A DNA stretch of 64,000 bases from NCBI GenBank assembly GCA_964304625.1, contig OZ199838.1:7737466-7801465 (forward strand), in the 5' to 3' direction. The notes under the pieces were generated by a model. The model saw only the letters and a program-made list of their open reading frames with translations. It was not told the DNA's origin and ran no database searches. Source of the stretch: Kudoa neothunni. Its lineage: Eukaryota; Animalia; Cnidaria. A program made the translations under genes and the position numbers. How positions within the stretch are numbered: position 1 is the stretch's first letter; each line of letters opens with the position of its first letter. Below, in pieces: positions 1 through 12,653 of this stretch.

Positions 1-397
1 TTTTCAATAAACCAACCGTCAAAATCATGTAGTAAACTTTCGCTTAATTCGTTATCATCCTTCAAGAAATTTTTTAGCTCGTTTGAAGATATACTTTCAG
101 TGTCAGATGATATGTCAGTAAATAAACGGGAATCTTCCATTATAACTGTTTGGTGCAAATTTGGGATCAAATTTTGTTATATACAAATATAACATGGGCT
201 TAATATACATCCCGAAAGATGAAAAAAGGTCTTAAAACCATCAAAAAAATTTTTTCCCATGAATAACACCAATTGATAGATAATTAATTTTTATGAATTT
301 ACGTGAAATTTGAACCGAAAAAAAATTGGTCTAACCTAAGTAATTGACGATGTATCACGTGGGTGGGCTCGTGGAGCCCAGGGTTGTCCTTTAAGGG
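1..397 (-). mobile_element. piggyBac-like element, left (5') end; continues beyond window start
   Basis: The minus strand reads TTAA|CCCTTAAAGGACAACCC followed by the palindrome TGGGCTC-cac-GAGCCCA (364-380), the same layout as the other piggyBac left ends here. An ATG at 140 (-) opens an acidic N-terminus MEDSRLFTDISSDTESISS... running off the window. Confidence 0.6.
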
Positions 398-704
398 TTA
401 ACCTCCTAACGAAGTTAGGGTCTTTTGGACCCCCAAACCGATATTAAAGGAGGTACAGTCGAACCTGGATATTGCGTAATTTCACAAGTTTATTGAAATA
501 TAACGTATATTTTCGATTTTTTTAATTTAAACATTGCGTATATACTATTTAAATAGATGTTAACAAAGCAAGTTAAGATAAAAAGTTGTTACTAATTAAG
601 TAAAAATTTAAGATATTGCGCTAAAACTAAAATCTCTCTACCGCGTAACATTTTGTTTAGTTTAATCCCCACTTAATCTTCTTTTCGAATTCTGCGAAAC
701 AAAA

Positions 705-2270
705 ATGGCAAGGAACCAGCGAGCGGTGGCTGAAAAAATTGAAATTATCGAATACTATAATTCAATTAAATCTCTTAAAGGAGCAAAAGCAATGACTGTT
801 AAACATTTCAAGCTATCTAGTAGTATAAAATTATCTAACCCCATTAAAGTATATTTGCAGGGCACTCTGCACTTGATAGGATTTTAGCCGCTCAACATGA
901 TATTATTAATTCTACTGTTTCAGCCTCAAGAAAAAGAATGAAAGAAGGCAAATGCAGGGAGTTGGGCAATTTGCTCTATGCGTGGATCACTAAAATGCGA
1001 AATCAGAAGAAGATTGTCTCTGAATACTTAATTGTTGAAAAGACCAAAAGTATCGCTAAATCTATAGGGCTTAATGAATTTGCCGGTAGTGATGGTTGGT
1101 TTGTGGGATTTAAAAATAGATACTGTATTCATTATAAAAAATTGCACGATGAAGCCAGCAGTGTGAATAATCCAACTGTACTGGATTTTTTGGTTAAATT
1201 TCCAGAAATCTCACTAGGATACAAAAAATGCAACATAATAAATGTGGATGAAACGTCTTTTTTTATAAACAGTTACTCTTACACACGTATACTCTAAATG
1301 ACGAATCCGATGTAAAAGGAATGAACCAATCCAAGAAAAGGGTTACCGTTATTGTGTCTACGTCTTTAACAGGGGAAAAATTCCCACTTATTGTAATAGG
1401 GAAGTATCAAAAATCCAGGTGTTTTAATAAATCGGAGCAACTTCCTTTGAAATATTATGCACAAAAAAATGCTTTGGACGTCTTCTGAAACTTTTTACGA
1501 TGTCCTTAAATCCTATGATAAAAAATTCCAAGAGGAAAAAAGGAAAGTTCTAATATTATTGGATCAGTGTCCTGTGCATCCACAAAACCTTTGTGAATTT
1601 GAAAATGTTAAACTGATATTTTTACCTAAAAACACCACAAGTGTATTACAACCAATGGACTTTGGTGTCATACGCAGTTTAAAATAACAGTATCGTAAAA
1701 TTTTGACAAATTATCAATTATCTGAAGACAACAATTCAAATTTAATTAAGTATACCGTTTTGGATTGTATAAAAACTTTGAAACAGGCATGGGAAAACGT
1801 ATCTTCGACTACTATTCAAAATTGTTTCAGAAAATCTAGACTTTTTGAGCATTGTAATTCCATCCTTTATCACCTTGAATTAAAAATTATTAGATGGCGA
1901 AATCTTACCTCAAGATTTTCCTGATAATGAAGGTGAAAATTTTGTCACACTTTTACATTGTTGATCAACCTTATTTTTTAGATGAAAAAATTTGACGAAA
2001 TCAACATTGAAGAGGAGGAAAAAATGCACGAGGAAACAATAGATTTGCCTGAAACGCACGAAACTGATAAATTTAAAGAGAATGTCGATCCGGATGTTGT
2101 AAAAGATGAAGCGCTTGTGTCAACTTCGGAACTTGACAAGCGATCAATTTAATCAGAAAAACTTTTATGCAAGAAAACCAAAAAGCATCATTTTCAACGC
2201 ACCCAGTTATGGATTTCATATCCGAAATACTTAAAAAAGGCATAAACAGACGGAAATTAATGATTATTTT
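705..2270 (+). pseudogene. Tigger/pogo transposase (HTH-CENPB + DDE_1), frameshifted
   Basis: Fragments GSDGWFVGFKNRY, NVDETSFF, SKKRVTVIV..LTGEK.PL.VIGK, LLDQCPVH, FLPKNTTSVLQPMDFGVI, AWENVSSTTIQNCFRKS across several frames. Confidence 0.9.
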
Positions 2271-2328
2271 AAACCAAAATAAATTTTTGTTCTTATACGT
2301 AATGCGCTTGCGCCAATACCCTATATTG

Positions 2329-2509
2329 CAGCGCTTCCCAACTAAAACTGGACTCGCACCCCCATTTTTTGACAAAACGAAATTCGCACCTCTTTGCATA
2401 CGATAAGGTGTAACTGACTTAAAATTTATCACAAATTATTTTCAATTTTGATCGGATCTCGCACCACCCGAAACCAAAGTTCGCGGGCACTCCCGGTTGG
2501 GAACCCCTG
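2329..2509. mobile_element. hAT MITE (181 bp) nested in the Tigger
   Basis: Imperfect TIRs CAGCGCTTCCCAAC / GTTGGGAACCCCTG; perfect 8-bp TSD CTATATTG (2321-2328, 2510-2517). Confidence 0.85.
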
Positions 2510-3248
2510 CTATATTGCGTAATTTTTTGGGAATGGAAAGAAATTACGCAATATCCCCAGGTTCGACTGTATAGAATTTTACGTAGTAATTTTCAAAGCT
2601 TTTTATCCTGGCTATTCTCATAAATTTATAATAGTTAAAAATTACCAAACTTTGGAGAAAAAAATAAAGATAATATAGCTCAGAAAAATAAAATTATCCT
2701 TTAACGAACTTGGGGTCTAAAAGACCCCAATTTTTTTTGTTTCGCTATTGTTAAAAAAATATAAAAATAAGTAATATAAAAATGCAGAAATTTCTATAGA
2801 CGAAACTTTGAGAAAAATGACAATTTAATGTGTAAATTAATCCTCTTTAATCCCCTCGGGAAATCGCCAGTACTTTTGTATACAATCGTTAACAAAATTC
2901 AACACAAATATGCTGTTTGGCGTTAGTTTTTGATTGTTTATGACTTTCAAAATCATAAAATGTTTACAAACTGTTGACTTACATTTCTTAAATCATTTTA
3001 TAACAATAAATTATATTTCGAAATTGTTTATTATTTTCTTAATATCGATGAAGTTTTAGGAAATACATTTTTAATACACATGAACCCTACATTACTGGTA
3101 GGTTTAAAACTAAATGAAATTTTTATATTGAGATAATTTCCTTGTTTAACTTTTACTTCCTTCAGCATTGATGATTTTTAACCAAAAAAACGATATCACT
3201 CCTTATGGTTATTTCGATGCACGAGTGAGTTATATTGTTTGAAGCGAG

Positions 3249-4822
3249 ATGAGTAGTTCGGAGGAATATATCAATGAGATCGAATCGTCTGTTAGTGAAT
3301 TAGATGATTTTTTGTGTGAGGTATCCGACAATACGAAAGGAATGTCAGATGACGAGTGTCCTACAGATGCTACGACAGACAAAAATGGAACGGTGTGGAC
3401 TTTGAAAAAGCCCCCTTCATCGAAAGTTTGTCTTGAAAATACACTTTCTTCCCGACCAGGTCCAATGGCATATTCAGTTCAAAGAATCAAAGATACTGAA
3501 GATTGTTTCACAATATTCTTTACAAATAATATTTGTGGTGAAATAATAAAATATACAAATGAATTTGGAAGAAGTCGCTTCAGAGATTCTTGGACTGATC
3601 TAGATGATGTTGAGTTTAAGGCATATTTGGGAACACTTGTTTTGATGGCTGTTCATAAAGATCGAGAGGAGCCTTTAATCGAGCTGTTTAGTCTTTCCGA
3701 AGGAAAAGAATTATATCGTCAACTTTTTTCATATAACCGCTTCAGACAAATAACGAGATCTCTGCATTTTGATGATGCAAATACTAGGGTTCAAAGAAAG
3801 GCGACTGATAAATTCTGTGCCATCCGTAGTGTATGGAATATGTGGGTTGACATTTTTCCGTTGTGTTTCCCTCCTAATGAGGATATAACTGTAGATGAGC
3901 AGTTAGTGCCATTTAAGGTAAGGTGTCCGTTTAGGCAATATATGCCTATGAAGCAAGCCAAATATGGATTAAAGTTTTTCCTACTTGTAGACCCAGTCAA
4001 CAAGTACGTCATAAATATATCTCCGTACCTGGGGAAAAACGAAGAAGAACGTAACGAAAATTGTAGTGTGGGTGAAAGGATCGTAATGTCTCTTACTATT
4101 CCATTATATAACTCTGGAAGGACAGTGATCGCGGATAATTTTTGCTCCTCCATGAAATTAGCATAAAAGTTGTTAGAAAAACGTCTGACTTATCTAGGTA
4201 CAATAAGACAAAATAAACGTGATTTTCCCTCTTGTGTCCTCCCCTCCAAAACCCCAACCTTGTATAGCACTACCTTGACATATTTCCAGAAGTATATGCT
4301 CACCTCTTATGTAAGCAAAAAAAATAAGACTATGATTCTTCTGTCATCTGGAACGAATAATGATAGCATATCGAACGATTCATATAAAATGAAGCCTGCT
4401 TTGATTCTGCATTGCAACAAAACCAAAGGAGGGTGGATACTGTGGACCATATGCTGGCATCCGTTTCGGTCCGCAGATTTAATCGGCGGTGGCCTATGGT
4501 GATTTTTTACAATATTATTGACATCACATTGGTCAATTCTTTTTGTGTATACAAACATATCTTCAAGGATGGAAAAATGCTAAGACGCGATTTCTTAAAA
4601 GAATTGGCAATGACATTGTACACCCCACTTTTAGAAAGGAATGTAAACATCCGAAAAATTGTTAAACCACCAATTTCTGTTTTATCCGAGCATACCACGT
4701 CTAATTCAAATGTTTCAAAAAGAAGATGCCAAGTTTGTGCTCGTGGAAACGATAGAAAAACATCATCACAATGCTCGAAGTGCGGGCGTTTCTATTCTTC
4801 CAATAAATGTCTGGATAGTTAG
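3249..4822 (+). pseudogene. piggyBac (PGBD4-like) transposase with one stop and one frameshift
   Basis: Motifs TVDEQLVPFKVRCPFRQYMP..AKYGLK, ADNF, GTIRQNK, (G)GVDTVD and RRWPMVIFYNIIDI, plus a C-terminal Cys-rich RRCQVC..CSKC. TAA at 4164 and a frameshift near 4430. Confidence 0.93.
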
Positions 4823-5131
4823 TGATATAAAATTTTTGCCTTACAAAATTTAATAGTTACAACAACTTATTCTAGAATATACTTGTCTTTTATTCTCCCA
4901 AATGGGTCCAATTTTTTTTTACTTATTGCGCGAGATTCCAAATTAGGATCTGATCAGATTATAGAGGATTAACCTATTCAAGCATCGCTTATTTTTTTAA
5001 TTTTTGACGATAGAATTATTTAATATTTGTGAAATAAATTTTTGAGTAGATATGACAAAAAAAATTTTGGGGTCCCACAGACCCCAAAGTCCGTTGGAGG
5101 GTAGTCATTTTTACATAACTTAGAGGGTTAA

Positions 5132-5520
5132 AGCGCTGTGAGGAAGCCAAGAAGGAACCAAACGAAAACGTCATAGAGTTTTATCGTAGACTTGTATCAC
5201 TGCTATTGAAAGCAAAGCCAAACTCGTCCCAAGAAGACGTTAACTTTTGGATTAAACCAAGAATAATTGCGGCCAGCCCTCGCCGACACACAGCAACACT
5301 CCAAGCATTGGAAGGAGGATCTGTACATGCCTTAATGGAGAACGTACAACTTTTCATTGACGAGGGAAACGGAAGAGACAGAATATCAGTTAAACACAAT
5401 TGCAAAATTTCAAAAGAGAGAATGTGGAAAATGTGGAGGAATGACAATCTGTAAATAGTGTAAAAATCGTGGTAATATGGCTAGGAAATGTGACAAATTG
5501 GGAAACTATCGAGGAGAGTG
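5132..5520 (+). mobile_element. Ty3/Gypsy-like gag remnant, truncated at the piggyBac A TTAA
   Basis: Reads KKEPNENVIEFYRRLVSLLLKAKP (retrotransposon gag-like), then degenerate zinc knuckles CGKCGG / CK*CKNRGNMARKC and a GGGAAAC 'GN' motif at ~5500, typical of gag ends. Confidence 0.55.
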
Positions 5521-5567
5521 ACTTCCGCTCGGGTCAGCTCTCGCTAACTTTTAAGAAGCATATATGG

Positions 5568-5665
5568 TCCATCCTTTATGTATATAAAGGAGGACTGTTG
5601 GTATGTTTGTGTGCGTGTATGATCCTAAGTACGCATGTGCGGATATTTTTTCCTTATAGAGAGTC
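5568..5665 (+). mobile_element. Helitron-like 5' terminus fragment
   Basis: TCC..TATATAAAG.AG.A.TGT..(GT-rich)..CCTTATAGAGAG resembles 21399-21465. Confidence 0.3.
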
Positions 5666-6399
5666 ATATATAAAATTTTTATAATTTTATGATATTTAAA
5701 AAAATCGTCTAATTTTTTCGGACTACTAAAGTTTCCAACAAGTACTTATGAAATAGTGATTTTGTCGATTTAAAGTTGTTTATCGGATTACATGAGTTCA
5801 GCTATAGGATTAGCGCTTGCTTATGTCATGGCGATGGTCGGTTGAAGTTAACTATCTCCCTTATATACTTTATCATATGTTAATTGAACAATGCCATTTG
5901 TCTTTACGTATAAGATTTGTGCGTTCATTTATTGTTTTCTCAAATAAATTCCTTATATCGGGAGCTTTAATGTAATTGACTTGATAAACACATTTAGAAG
6001 GCTCTATTAGTGGTTTTAGATACGAAAATATGTCAATATTTGCATTATTATTTAGTTGGTTATGCGTGTTATAATCAGATAGATTGAAGCACTATAACGC
6101 AGGTACCGTGTCCGTAGATTTCATTGAAACCGTCCGTTATGTTAAACTTTCAGTGATTCAATTCAGTGCATATGGTTGTATGGTTACTTCATCCGATTAT
6201 TTAAATCATTTGTTAGAAGAAGCGCATTAAAGTTTTTGCGTACCAACGGATATTAATTTTAGCAATATCAATTAATTTTCATACGTTTTCCTCTATCTCT
6301 ATTACTTTCTCCATTTTTTTGTCTCTTAGAAAGTTAGTGGTACACACAGTTATCGAGCGGGCCAGAATTCAACTTTTAAAAATCCTCCGGGCCAAAAAA

Positions 6400-8357
6400 T
6401 AACGTTTTAGATAACGCTTTAACGGGATTTAAATGAACGCCAGGATTGGAACACACCTTCAAAGAAATGAACATAATTTAAGCTGCATGATCCAAATCGT
6501 TATAGTAAGTTGTTTAAAAATTTTTAGTTATTTTGTTTCTATGGGTTAGTTCGAGATTTCAATATATTTTTTGAATGCTGTTAAAAAATGCCTCTAGGCG
6601 AAATCTTCCCCAAGCAACGCTGGGCAGTTCCCGCTAGTACTTGATAGATAAATAAATAAGCAGATCGCTGAATAAGACTTAAATTGTTGAGAATTTTTTT
6701 TATGATTTGTTTAATTTTGGAATTTATGCATTCTAATCGATTACTAGTTCTATTTAAAAAAGTACCCTTAAGGTTCATGTATGCCGGGCACCATTCATGT
6801 TTGATTGGATGCCAAGATTTATTATAATAACTAATGATTTTTTTTTACATGTCTCTTTTAAGAATTCATGGCAATTTTCATAAATTTTTGGATCATCGGT
6901 ATAACAAAGCTTTTGAATCAACTCTAAGGAAGTTTTTCTTTCAGGTATGTATATTCCCATTCTTAATGTAGAGGTTTCTCTCCCAAATATTCTTAAGACA
7001 TGGTACAGGTAAAGTTTGTATTTACGTTAAGAAATACAGATCTTATAGAATTTATTTCAATCATGTCTTTATCTGTAATGAAACAAATTGTTTTGGTTGA
7101 CGTTTCGTCATTATGTTCAAGTAGAGATTGACATAACCAGGTAACAGTCACGGTACTCACCTCAGATAAAAGAGCAATAGCTCCTATCTGACTTTGTCCA
7201 AAGGAATCGATAAACAGACATATATACAATGGCATACGATTATCGATTAATTTATAAGTGACATCCACAAATACTAGTTCGGGAAATTATCTAATAACGT
7301 TTTTCATATAAAGGTCTTGGAAAAATATTCCAGTCATCTCATTGGATTATTGTGCAATATTTCGAGAGTTGCATTTGGGTGAGAATTTTTTATTGAATTA
7401 AACAACTCCGAAATATCAGACAAAACACTTTTTTAGTGTTTGGATATAATTATCGATTTGCTTCAGCGAAACCTTTTTTGTGAATGGTTCATGATTTCTA
7501 CTTGTACTCTTTTTAAATTTTCATCATAAAAATGAACGTTTTTTATAAGATTTTTTCTTTCTTCATCTAATTTTCTATTCACTGGGAAAAATCACTAAAA
7601 TTCTCATTTCTATTGTAGCTGTGAGTAAGATCCAATTTTCTAATAATTAATACGTTCATGTTTTTAGGAATTCGCAGTGTAATGAAGAAATTGCAACTAC
7701 TTTTATGGCTGTTGATTTTTCTCTTCCCAGCACTTTTAGATCGTATCTGAATTCAAGTTAATTACATCAATGTTTATATAGATACTTACATTTTTACCAC
7801 CATGAACACAACAAAAAGTGGCTTCATAATAACCAAGATCAGAGTTCATGTCTCTGTCAAATTTTTGTAGGGGCGGTTGAGATTTTTCTAGAGTCTTGGA
7901 TCCAGTAACAAAAGTTGTTTCGCTTTGAGTATTTATCTATGAATTCTTTAGTCTTTTCAAAGTTTTGTAAATGCATTTCCCACCTTAGGTTCAGATGTAA
8001 TATCCTGAATTAGTAGTGTTTGATCAGACTCTCCTTCCATAATGATTCTACTCGCAACTATCAACGTTACAACCGCACGCTAGAGGGTATTTTACTCGTT
8101 TATGATGCTGCAACACATAAAATTAGATTAATTATGAAAATAATATAGATTTATAAAAAATTTAATGCCATTTATAATGATACTTATGAAATGAGTTTAA
8201 AATATCCTCGATGTATTTTGATGCCTAATTGTTAACTGAAAGATAAATGAAACTAAATTCATATTCTGCATTTATAAAAGATATTTTGTAGAAAAAATTG
8301 TAGCGATTAAATTATTATTTTAAGAGAAAAAGCGCGTCCGGAAAAATAGACACAGCC
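6400..8357 (-). mobile_element. Mutator/MULE remnant (FAR1/ZSWIM3-type transposase), one TIR visible
   Basis: Motifs DVTYKLIDNRMPLY..DSFGQSQI, FITDKD and NRTSNRLECINSKIK. The terminal GGCTGTGTCTATTTTTCCGGACGCGC (8357 leftwards) matches 63511-63590. The other end was not found; the left boundary is approximate. Confidence 0.8.
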
Positions 8358-8909
8358 ATATTACTAACAGGGAAAAAACGGACATGACTATTTGGCATGA
8401 ATAAGAATATCTCCTAGAATTACGTGAGATATTAAAAATTTGATTTCACAATAACAATAAGCTATATTTTTCAAATGATTTTAAATGGAGAATTTGTCCA
8501 TTTTAAACCATATTTTAATCATCTCTTATGCATAAAAGTCGTACTTTTCTTGAGTTTATAACAGTATTCAAAGGCTATTTACGGTATTCAGTCCAATCAA
8601 TTCAAATTATCTACCAAATCGTACGTTACAAGCTCGAATGAGGCATGTGCACGAGACAAATTTTCACACTTAATTTCGGTGGCTAAAAATTTAAAAAAAA
8701 ATTAGGCTACCGAAATACCTCTTTTTATGAAATGATGTTTTTACCGGTCGGTTATTATTATCTTTTAAATGTTTTAATTCTATTAGACAATGCCCGTTCG
8801 AGTGTTCGTTCGTGTCATGAGCGAACGAAGTATTCTTCATAATTATAAACACGAACGAAACCATTTCGTGCGTTTCGTATGTGCGAGGATGGTGATAAAG
8901 TATGCGGTT

Positions 8910-8990
8910 TAGCGGACGAGGGTCGAACCCATGACTCTCAAACCTAAAAGTGGCGAGACCTTATTACTTGACCATGGACCATAGCGCTGG
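8910..8990 (-). mobile_element. tRNA-derived SINE head or degenerate tRNA pseudogene
   Basis: The minus strand has an A-box-like TGGTCAAGTAA and a B-box GGGTTCGACCC at tRNA spacing, but no clean cloverleaf. Confidence 0.4.
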
Positions 8991-9031
8991 CGCACGATTA
9001 CGCGCTATTATTAGTGTGTTGATACAACGCA

Positions 9032-10147
9032 GCGGCACCTAAAAACACCCTCTTGCGAATGTTTTTAGAATTTCTTCTTTCATGATTTCCCATGATAAAC
9101 TAAAAGAATGTGGAGAGCGAAAAATCAACTCAAAATAATAACTTCTAAATTTTAAGAATTTTTCATCCGAACGCTGTCGGACACACATGTAATCTCCATA
9201 TTTTTTCAACAAACACTGAATTTTGTTCGGTTTCTCTCTTAGTTATTAGCTCAATAGTTATTTATTATTACTATTTAGATTTTTTACTATTGATATATAA
9301 CAATTTTATATGGACTAACTTTAAATATTAACTTATTGCGTGTCTTACAAAAAGATCTCATTTTTCACTATAATGAAAATACTTTGCGAATTTAAAAAAA
9401 TAGATGTTGATGTCGTACGATTTTTTAGTTTATAATTTTTTAAAATGACAATAGAAAACTGTTTTACATTGCAGTATCTGTAATATATTGAAAAAAAATA
9501 TTAGGCTATATTTTAATTGTTGGGGAAGTTTTTGTGTATGTCAAAATTTAGTAGCAACAAATTCGGGCCAATATACGAATTGAGAATGTTACTAATTGTA
9601 AACTCAATATCTTAACTAACGTTATTATTTTGATCGATACACATATAATTGACTAAAACTAAAAAATGTATAGAAATAACAATATTTTTACGTTTATGGA
9701 ATGTTATACTAAACACATACGTAAAAATTCCTCTAATAAAGTAATAACTTCATATAATCAACCTTTTATTATTTACTTATTGAAATTAAATGTTTATCTA
9801 AAATATAGTGTTTATTTATTTTTAAAAAACTCAACAGTCCTAAGGAATATTAAGAAAATGCATTTTGAGAGCACGTGGTTGTCATTGTTTTTAAACTACT
9901 CATAATTAAAACCAATAAAAACATGTATAAATAAATCTGATATTGTGAAATTTATATTTATATGCTAAAAAATACGAAGAATAACCAACTTATGAGTGAT
10001 TATCAAAAGAAATTAGACAACAATTCAATGTGTTGTTCAAAAAAGGTGGATATTGCACGTGTGTGCCGACAGCGTTCGGATGTAAAATTCTTAAAATTTA
10101 GAAGATATTCGAAAAACATGCACAAGCGGATGTTTTTCGATGGCGCA
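9032..10147. mobile_element. non-coding fold-back/MITE with long inverted termini, superfamily unassigned
   Basis: 9141-9220 pairs with 10023-10104 (TTCTAAATTTTAAGAATTTT.CATCCGAACGCTGTCGG), and 9032-9078 pairs with 10101-10147. The left arm has an extra ~60 bp. No TSD resolved. Confidence 0.65.
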
Positions 10148-10619
10148 TACTTTATTATTGCCAAAAAGATCTTAGATATGAAATTAATATTAAATTTTAA
10201 GCGAAGAAAAATATGGGGCATTGAATATAAGAAATTACGATCTTTACCTTGATTTACTGTACTTTTTGAGGTATGTTACCTCATATGTCATAATTTCACA
10301 TTTTATTACCAAACAGAAATTTGACATCAGTGTTTTTTTCAAAGATAATTAAACTGATTTTGGAAACAGAACCTTGCTATATTAAGTTATGTTATAGTCA
10401 GATCTGTCTAAACGTTTTTTAGAATGACAAAAATACTTTCAAACCCTAATTTTATAAGTCTAATAATTAGAAATGAATTTTTTAAGTGGCTAAGTTAGGT
10501 TTGTTTAGTTTTCTTTTAAGATAATGCAAAATAACACATAATAAAGAGGAGTGAATTAAATTTACTCCAGAAGTGTCTTATTTTTAATATTATTAGTATT
10601 AACTACTAATTTTTTTAAT

Positions 10620-12653
10620 GTGTTTGGTTCAAGTCTATATCTAGACTTGGATAAAATTTTTCCATCATATGAAAATGCCCGTTCTGACATTGAGCTGGAT
10701 GCTGGTCGGCTGTACACGTTAGTTGCGATTATTCTAAGATTTTCTTTCTTTGAGTTTTCCCAATAAATGAGCGAATTTTCGTAAACCTGGTTGACTTTTT
10801 CTTGGGTGTACAGTTGAATTTCTGATTGAAAATCTTCTCATTCACTATCCAGTTCATAACATATTGAGTGGTTTTTCGAAGGTTCCGGGCTCTTTGGGAT
10901 TTGTTCTAAATTTTTTTAAATGTTTGTTACAAGCAAAGATTTACCATCAAATTTATTTTTTTTTTGGATAATTTGGCTCAGCCATGCCAGAAAAAACGAC
11001 TCAACGTGGTTTATGGTTTGTCCCAAAATTTAATTTTTTGTTTCGCAGACTCATACTCAATAAATTTGAATTTTTTAAAATTTGGGGTGGATAAAAGCTG
11101 CGATTTTATGGTTGATATCAATATATTGTGTGTATTCTTCGTCCAATAAACTTCCCAAGCGCATAAAATAATTGCCCATAAGAGTTTCACGTTGTTTTTG
11201 AATCATTGCTTTGATACGATAATATAAACAACGAAACTTAAACGAATTACAAAATGTGACGATGGCCTCTTCACCTGCTCCAACTGATCGAAGAAAGCGG
11301 AAAATATTTTGAAAAATTCAGCAACAACAACGCATTCGTTCTTGTCCAATCCATTGAAGTATTTTTTAGCTGGATGATTTTTTAGCACACCCTCCAAACT
11401 ATCGAAACACGCCACTAACGTCCTATATCGATCGCTGAGTCCCCTCCAAGGTCGCGTAGCTGAGTCCCATTGTATTTTCATTGGTAATTTGGACTGTAAA
11501 TCTGCCGTTTTATGAACAGATCCGCACAGTTTGTCAACATTCACCCTTAGTATGGATAAATCGAAATTAGATATTTTAGCGAAAGTAAAATTTATTTATA
11601 AATTCATTAGTGAAAAAAAATGTAATCAATATATTAAAATACATACATACAAATTATTTCAATTTAGATTAAAACAGTTTTATTTTGATTTACCAAATAG
11701 AATTATGAGTGATTAAGATAGCGTATCGTTAAGTACATCATCATTACATTTATTCGCTCACCAACATTTTTACATCAATTTAATACACAAAATACCTTGA
11801 GATATAATAGTGTGAAGGCGGCGAGCAATATATCTGGTTGTGCTGAACTCTCTTAGACCTAATAGATTGTTTTCTGCGGAGTCACAAACAATTCTTAGAT
11901 CAGATTTTCTAAGTGAAAATTTAGTCCAAAATTCCGTGAAGATTTTATTTATATTTTCTACAATGTGTTTTACAGGAAAATAGATCATGTCATATTCCAA
12001 ATGTTGAAGGGTGAAATTTTTAACAAATAACAATGATATATCAATGAATGAATTGATTTTGGCATTATCAGTCCAAATATCAAAGGTTGGGAACATACTA
12101 TTGTGATTGGTTGTTTTAATTAATTTTTCCATTTTTAAATACACGCACTCATACTCTTCCATAATTATTGGCTTAACGCATTTTTTGGATAAAATCTTAA
12201 ACCTAGCACTAGGTTCATTAAACTTTTTTCTAAGTTAAATGCAAAGTTAATCAACTCTGTAAACGATACATTTTCTGTTATAGTAAACGGGGAGATTGTT
12301 TCAGCTACAAAATTAGCAATTTTAGTGTCAAACATTACCCGATCTGATACGCTTAAATTAACAATGGAGGGTGGTGAAACAAATAATTCACTAATTTTTA
12401 TATCTTTATTTGTTTGAGTATGTAACTTATTATGACTAATAAGTTTCCTACTCCCGTAGGACGACTTACGCGGGAATGTTTTGTTGCACTTTGTGCAAAC
12501 AATAAAATCAATTTGGGATGTTTCATCCCCGTCTTTAGTAAAGATGGAACAGAAATTGTCCCATTCTTTAGAACGCGTTTTAGATTTTTTCCAAGAGAAA
12601 AGTCTACCAGCTTTTAAAGCCTTTTCAACACTTTCCACACTCCAGTTTGACAT
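10620..12653 (-). pseudogene. hAT transposase (BED finger, DDE, hATC dimerization), disrupted
   Basis: SKEWDNF..FIVCTKCNK (BED finger), TFDIWTD, IVCDSAEN, ATRPW, and the hATC motif LIYWE..PASSSMSERAFS. Possible intron at ~11548-11795. Confidence 0.85.

Larger units (their letters stand above)
456..2569 (+). mobile_element. pogo/Tigger DNA transposon inserted in piggyBac A
   Basis: TIRs CAGTCGAACCTGGATATTGCGTAATTT / AAATTACGCAATATCCCCAGGTTCGACTG with a TA TSD (454-455, 2570-2571). piggyBac B shows the empty site GAGGTATAGAATTTT. Confidence 0.93.
402..5127 (+). mobile_element. piggyBac transposon copy A (contains nested Tigger and hAT MITE)
   Basis: Flanked by TTAA at 398-401 and 5128-5131. 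Ends are CCTCCTAA... and ...TTAGAGGG. GGGGTC-n5-GACCCC palindromes lie at ~417, ~2712 and ~5069. Transposase at 3249-4822. Confidence 0.92.

Noticed and set aside
8910-8990. Functional tRNA gene (also 47475-47551)
   Set aside because: A and B boxes are present but acceptor and anticodon stems do not pair. The 47.5-kb copy is the head of a TSD-flanked SINE.
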